DNA of 64,000 nucleotides from an uncultured Acidobacteriota bacterium. Its GTDB lineage: Bacteria > Acidobacteriota > Vicinamibacteria > Vicinamibacterales > CAVVIG01. Numbering within the stretch: position 1 is the stretch's first letter; the number at the start of each line of letters is the position of its first letter. Made by a program: the position numbers and the translations under genes. Shown here piece by piece: positions 59,970-64,000 of the stretch. The stretch covers positions 7,884 to 71,883 of the forward strand of contig CAWCDQ010000012.1 of the NCBI GenBank assembly GCA_963794305.1, read 5' to 3'. Under the pieces are notes generated by a model. The model was not told the DNA's origin and searched no databases. It saw only the letters and a list, made by a program, of their open reading frames with translations.

Positions 59970-60845
59970 ATGACGAAAGTTATAGAAATCAACGGGTTTA
60001 GCTGGTCTGGACCGGCTTCGACACACGCGGTTCAGAGCGCCGTCCCTGCGCTCGAGGCGGGCGAGGTCCTGTTTCTGCCGGATCTTCGCTTCGAGGTGGA
60101 AACGCCAGAGGCTCTGCTATTTACGCCGTCAATCCTCGGCAGTTCCAAGAACGCCAGCTACGATCCGGCGTCGGGGCGCCTGGGCGGAACGACGGCGGCT
60201 GGCGGCGGACGCCGAGACGCTGCGCCCGTTTCATCCGCCGTTTCAGCGAATCGGCCGCGTCGCTCGTGCAGCGATTGCTGCCGGCGTACGGCAATCGGCT
60301 GGTTCGCGGGCGCGCGAGCTTCCGCCCGGCCGAAATCGCCGGGCGCCAGACAACGTGGCGGAAGGACGACACGCGGCTGCACGTGGACGCGTTTCCGGCG
60401 ACGCCGTCCGGCGGACGACGGATCCTCCGCGTGTTCAGCAACGTGAACCCCGAGGGGCGCGCGCGATCCTGGCGGCTCGGCGACGACTTCGAGGCTGTCG
60501 CGCGCCGGTTCGCGCCGCAGCTGCGGCCGCCGTTGCCGGGCGTCGGCCACCTGCTCGCGCTGCGCGCGTGACGAAGACGCCGCGCTCGGCGTACGACGCG
60601 CTGATGCTGCAGCTGCACGATCGGATGAAGGCGGACGAGGCGTTTCAGAAGGACTCGCCGCAGAGCCGCGTGGAACTGCCGGCGGGATCCACCTGGCTGG
60701 CGTTCACGGATCAGGTGAGCCACGCGGCCACCCACGGACAGTATCAACTCGAGCAGACGTTCCTGCTGCCGGTCGACGCCATGCTCGACCGAGCCGCTCT
60801 CCGCTTCGCATTCTCGAGCGCCTGAAGCAGCGAAAACTGACATAG
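59970..60845 (+). CDS. Kdo hydroxylase (KdoO)-family Fe(II)/2-oxoglutarate dioxygenase-like protein (4 frame breaks)
   Basis: ALEAGEVLFLPDLRFEV..SKNASYDP, then ..RFSESAASLVQRLLPAYGNRLVRGRASFRPAEIAGR..WRKDDTRLHVDAFPATPSGGRRILRVFSNVNPEG. C-terminus ..STWLAFTDQVSHAATHGQYQLEQTFLLP. The family was recognised from memory of the Kdo_hydroxy motif set and has not been verified. Confidence 0.55.
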
Positions 60846-60850
60846 AGAGG

Positions 60851-60870
60851 TTGGCGAGTCAACCCGCCAA
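60851..60870 (+). terminator. hairpin TTGGCG-agtcaacc-CGCCAA followed by TTCTTCT
   Basis: Read directly, 6 nt downstream of the stop at 60843-60845. Confidence 0.35.
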
Positions 60871-60899
60871 TTCTTCTATCGCAGGATGGTGGCCTTCAC

Positions 60900-60999
60900 T
60901 AGGATTAGGAGCTAGGAGCTAGGGGCTAGCTGGGGCCAGAGGCACTATTCAATCAGCAATCACAATCAATTTGCATTTTGCAATTTGCATTTTGCAATG
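60900..60999. repeat. block of heptanucleotide tandem repeats: (TAGGAGC)x3-4, (AATCAVM)x2-3, (TGCAWTT)x4
   Basis: 60906-60933 reads TAGGAGC TAGGAGC TAGGGGC TAGCTGG. 60951-60999 reads AATCAGC AATCACA ATCAATT TGCATTT TGCAATT TGCATTT TGCAATG. It lies in a convergent intergenic region. Confidence 0.75.
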
Positions 61000-61001
61000 A
61001 G

Positions 61002-61388
61002 TCAGTCCCTGACCGCTTTGATGATCGCCTCCATGTGGGCGAGGTACTTCTCGAACGCCCGCCGGCCGGCCGGCGTGAGACGGAATTCGGTGCGCGGCAT
61101 GCGGCCGTCGAACGTCTTCTCGCACGCGACGTACTGCGCGTCTTCGAGCTTCCGCGCGTGGACGCTCAGGTTGCCGTCGGTGGTCTGCAGCAGCCGCTTC
61201 AGATCGTTGAACGTGAGGCGATCGTTCACCGCCAGCGCGCTGACGATCCCCAGCCGCAGCCGCTCGTGAATCAGGCGATCGAGCTCGAGGGGACTGCGCT
61301 TCGGGGTTTCAGATTTCAGGTTCTTGATTTCAGATTTGCTGGCGCGGATTTCAGATTTACTGCGCGCCGCCGCTGTTCTAGCCGCCAT
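61002..61388 (-). CDS. winged-helix (HTH_34-type) transcriptional regulator with repeat-encoded N-terminal tail
   Basis: Intact 128 aa. ..LDRLIHERLRLGIVSALAVNDRLTFNDLKRLLQTTDGNLSVHARKLEDAQYV..RTEFRLTPAGRRAF. The N-terminus reads SKSEIRASKSEIKNLKSE. Confidence 0.75.
   Translation of the reverse strand: MAARTAAARSKSEIRASKSEIKNLKSETPKRSPLELDRLIHERLRLGIVSALAVNDRLTFNDLKRLLQTTDGNLSVHARKLEDAQYVACEKTFDGRMPRTEFRLTPAGRRAFEKYLAHMEAIIKAVRD
61305..61360. repeat. 3 x 21-bp tandem repeat built on ATTTCAG heptamers, inside the 5' end of the regulator gene
   Basis: GGTTTCAGATTT / GATTTCAGATTT / GATTTCAGATTT start at 61305, 61326 and 61347. Confidence 0.7.
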
Positions 61389-61967
61389 ATTTCCTCGCGA
61401 TCACCAGACCGAACCCGATGTGCAGACCGCCGAAGCCGGCGGCCATCAACCAGTGTCCCCACGCCGCGGGCACCGCGAACGCCACGACGCCGAGCGCCAT
61501 GAAGCAGAGCCCCAGCATCGGCACGATGCGGACGGAGAACGCGCCGCCGGTGGCGGCGGCGGTTCCGTACAGCAGCAGCCAGCAGCCCGGCAGCCGCGCC
61601 ATCAGGCCGCCCAGCACGAACACCGGCGTGAGCACCATGCCGGCGACGAGCGGCGGCAGATACGCCAGCGCAAAGCGATGGGCCGGCGCCGCTGACGACA
61701 GCGGCGTGCCCGCACGGCGCGCCTTGATCGTCATCGCGCCGAGCGCGATCGCGGCGCCGACGCCGCGTCGGCGAGCCACACCAGCACCCAGCGGAGCGAA
61801 TCGTCGGGCGGTCCCGACACCGCCGCCGTGATCAGCGCGGTGACGCCCATGGCCACGCCGCCCCAGCCCGGCACGGCGGTGAATTCGGTGGCGCGCGCCA
61901 TCGTGTCGCGGATGAAGCGGAGGTTGTCGATCGCGTGCGCGTGGATCGGCTCGGGCGCTCCCATCAA
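61378..61967 (-). CDS. hypothetical integral membrane protein (1 frame break near 61765)
   Basis: MMGAPEPIHAHAIDNLRFIRDTMARATEFTAVPGWGGVAMGVTALI.. continues in ORF 61378-61779 (4-5 TM segments). It overlaps the regulator start by 11 nt. Confidence 0.55.
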
Positions 61968-62018
61968 GGGCTTTATAGCACAGAGAGCAGGGCTCGGGGT
62001 TCAGGGTTCAGGGAGTGA

Positions 62019-62441
62019 TCACTGCGCGCGCAGCAGCAGGACCGGCACCTTGACGAGGTGGCGGACCTTGTCGGCGGTCGCGCCGAGCAGGACGTCCTTG
62101 ACGAAGCGGTGGCCGTGGGTCGACATGGCGATCAGGTCGACGCCCTGTTCCTGGGACACCTTGATCAGCTCGGTCGCCGGATCGCCCATCGCCAGACGCG
62201 TATCGACCGTCAACCCGCGCGCTTCGAGCTCACCGCGCAGTCGATCCAGGTAGTCGCGGTCGATTTTCATTTCCTCGGACTCGCGCAGCTTGAGCTGGTC
62301 GAAGTTGCGCGCCGCCCAGCCGTCGGCCACATGCACGAGCAGCAGCGAGGCGCCGGTCAACCTCGCGAGATCGGCGACGTGTCCGAGAATCGTCTTGTCG
62401 GCGGCCGAGTTCTCGACCGCGACGAGAATGCGACGGTACAT
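62019..62441 (-). CDS. universal stress protein (UspA family)
   Basis: Intact 140 aa. MYRRILVAVENS..LLLVHV..DLIAMSTHGHRFVKDVLLGATADKVRHLVKVPVLLL. Confidence 0.85.
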   Translation of the reverse strand: MYRRILVAVENSAADKTILGHVADLARLTGASLLLVHVADGWAARNFDQLKLRESEEMKIDRDYLDRLRGELEARGLTVDTRLAMGDPATELIKVSQEQGVDLIAMSTHGHRFVKDVLLGATADKVRHLVKVPVLLLRAQ

Positions 62442-62442
62442 C

Positions 62443-63771
62443 TCAGGCGCCTGTGAAAATCTGGTACAGCAGGTAGACGTTCAGCACAGCGATGATAACC
62501 GCAACCGTGCACGCCAGCGCCTTGACCCAGCCGGCGTTGGCGAACGGGCCCATCTTGTGCGGATCGCTCGTGAACATGACCAGCGGAAACACCGCGAACG
62601 GCAGCTGCAGGCTCAGGACGACCTGGCTCAGGATGATGAGCGGGCCGGTGCCGCGCTCGCCGTAGAGCGCGATGACGACCACCGCCGGCACGATCGCGAT
62701 CAACCGCGTGACGAGCCGGCGCAGCCAGGGACGGATGCGCAGGTTGATGAACCCTTCCATCACGATCTGGCCGGCGAGCGTGCCGGTGAGCGTCGCGTTC
62801 TGCCCCGAGCAGAGCAGCGCCACCGCGAACAGGATGCTCGCCATCGTCGTGCCCAGCAGCGGCGAGAGCAGCTGGTAGGCGTCGCCGATCTCGGCCACAT
62901 CCTGGTGGCCGGTGCCGTGGAAGGTCGCGGCCGCCATGATGAGGATCGCCGCGTTGATGAACAGCGCGAACATCAGCGCGACCGCGGAATCGATGGACGC
63001 GAAACGGATCGCCTCTTCCTTGCCGGCCGCCGTGTCGGAGTACTTGCGGGTCTGCACGATCGACGAGTGCAGGTACAGGTTGTGCGGCATCACCGTCGCG
63101 CCGAGGATGCCGATCGCGATGTAGAGCATGCTCGGGTTTTGCAGAATCTCCGTTCGCGGGATGAAGCCGAGCGCCACGCCCGCGAGATCCGGCCGCGAGA
63201 GCCACAGCTCGATGGCGAACGAACCGGCGATCAGGCAGATCAGCGCGACGACCAGCGCTTCGACGTAGCGGAAGCCGCGGTGCTGCAGGAACAGCACGAT
63301 CAGCACGTCGAGCGCCGTGAGGATCACGCCCCAGAGCAGCGGGAGATGGAACAGCAGGTTGAGCGCGATCGCGGCGCCGATCACCTCCGCCAGGTCACAG
63401 GCGGCAATCGCGATTTCGCACAGCAGCCACAGGACGATGACGACGGGCCGCGAGTAGCTGTCGCGGCAGGCCTGGGCGAGATCGCGTCCGCTGGCGATGC
63501 CCAGCCGCGCCGACAGCGCCTGCAGCAGGATCGCCATCAGGTTGGAGATCATGATCACGCTGAGCAGCGTGTAGCCGTATCGGGCGCCGCCGGCGAGGTC
63601 GGTTGCCCAATTCCCGGGATCCATGTAGCCGACCGCGACAAGGTAGCCGGGTCCGGCAAACGCGAACATCTTGCGCCAGAAGCCGGCGCTGGCCGGGATG
63701 GCGATGGATGCCGTGAACTTCGGGAAGGCTGAGGCCGCTCGAGGGGAGACGCCAGCCGCTGGTCGGCTCAC
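62443..63771 (-). CDS. mntH: Nramp family divalent metal (Mn2+/Fe2+) transporter MntH
   Basis: Intact 442 aa. [23 protein letters not shown], ..[14 protein letters not shown].., 11-12 TM segments. Its stop lies 1 nt before the usp start. Confidence 0.9.
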   Translation of the reverse strand: MSRPAAGVSPRAASAFPKFTASIAIPASAGFWRKMFAFAGPGYLVAVGYMDPGNWATDLAGGARYGYTLLSVIMISNLMAILLQALSARLGIASGRDLAQACRDSYSRPVVIVLWLLCEIAIAACDLAEVIGAAIALNLLFHLPLLWGVILTALDVLIVLFLQHRGFRYVEALVVALICLIAGSFAIELWLSRPDLAGVALGFIPRTEILQNPSMLYIAIGILGATVMPHNLYLHSSIVQTRKYSDTAAGKEEAIRFASIDSAVALMFALFINAAILIMAAATFHGTGHQDVAEIGDAYQLLSPLLGTTMASILFAVALLCSGQNATLTGTLAGQIVMEGFINLRIRPWLRRLVTRLIAIVPAVVVIALYGERGTGPLIILSQVVLSLQLPFAVFPLVMFTSDPHKMGPFANAGWVKALACTVAVIIAVLNVYLLYQIFTGA

Positions 63772-63801
63772 TCATCTATGGCGTCGCCAGATGTTTGAGT
63801 A

Positions 63802-63822
63802 GTCAAAATTATCTATATCATG
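63802..63822 (-). promoter_or_regulatory. AT-rich Fur/Mur-box-like sequence upstream of mntH
   Basis: On the minus strand it reads CATGATATAGATAATTTTGAC. By eye the embedded GATATAGATAATTTTGACT matches the 19-mer GATAATGATAATCATTATC at about 12 of 19 positions. It lies 30-50 nt upstream of the start. Confidence 0.25.
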
Positions 63823-63888
63823 TCTCGTAATCCTCAATTGCGCAAGCGTTAAAGTGAGGTTCTCGACCGAGTGGGTCGTATGACGTGC

Positions 63889-64000
63889 TCAGGATAGGAG
63901 AGCCTGCGATCTCAGCCGTTTTCCCGGCGACAGACTCGCCAGCTTCACCGTATCGATGAACGCGCCTTGCGCCGCACTTCCTACCGATCCGCACGACGAT
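63889..64000 (-). CDS. 3' end of an unidentified gene (partial, runs out of the window)
   Basis: An open minus-strand frame reads ..GAFIDTVKLASLSPGKRLRSQALLS, with stop TGA at 63889-63891. It is too short to classify. Confidence 0.2.
   Translation of the reverse strand, partial: SSCGSVGSAAQGAFIDTVKLASLSPGKRLRSQALLS

Noticed and set aside
62290-63732. 480-aa plus-strand ORF
   Set aside because: It is antisense to mntH, which has unmistakable Nramp motifs.
63772-63888. yybP-ykoY Mn riboswitch upstream of mntH
   Set aside because: I looked for the conserved GGGGAGUAG / UUGACA-type cores on the mntH strand and did not find them.
1-64000. Prophage, integrative element, or tRNA/rRNA genes
   Set aside because: I saw no integrase, transposase, phage structural gene or cloverleaf-like sequence in any intergenic region. 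tRNAscan and Infernal-type scans could not be run, so small RNAs may have been missed.

Overview
High-GC (about 67-68%) chromosomal segment. The gene content looks like Acidobacteriota, possibly Vicinamibacteria-like; that placement is inference from gene families and repeat types.

I recognise about 48 protein-coding genes and no rRNA, tRNA, CRISPR array, integrase or transposase. Contents in order:
- a CarboxypepD_reg-type TonB-dependent receptor
- a minus-strand glycosylation module (methyltransferase-GT2 fusion plus GT39-TPR) next to an AraC regulator
- a divergent pair of an HTH-fused citrate-synthase-like protein and a citrate synthase
- a PEGA / TonB-C / outer-membrane-barrel cluster
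- a block of secreted redox and hydrolytic enzymes: serine hydrolase, Tat-exported flavin amine oxidoreductase, beta-propeller di-haem protein, a D-aminoacylase fused to a PAL-like NHL propeller, and a haem-c-fused PHM-like copper monooxygenase
- a second membrane glycosylation cluster
- an L,D-transpeptidase plus M23 peptidase pair
- two DUF1592/DUF1552 (PSD-type) pairs, one extended by an ankyrin protein
- an mdtABC-like efflux operon
- a Kdo-hydroxylase-like gene
- a winged-helix regulator plus membrane protein pair
- mntH-usp

About 60 single-base frame breaks interrupt roughly half of the genes. They sit at G/C or A/T homopolymers and are strongly clustered, so I read them as assembly indels rather than true pseudogenes. 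For those genes I give the stitched span, and break positions are approximate (about +/-15 nt).

The most interesting observation is the co-location of PHM-like and PAL-like enzymes, the two halves of eukaryotic peptide-amidating PAM, each with a novel fusion partner. Other notable items are two families of intergenic repeats, heptamer arrays, and several tightly coupled gene pairs of unknown function.

All calls come from reading the translations and DNA by eye. No database search was possible.
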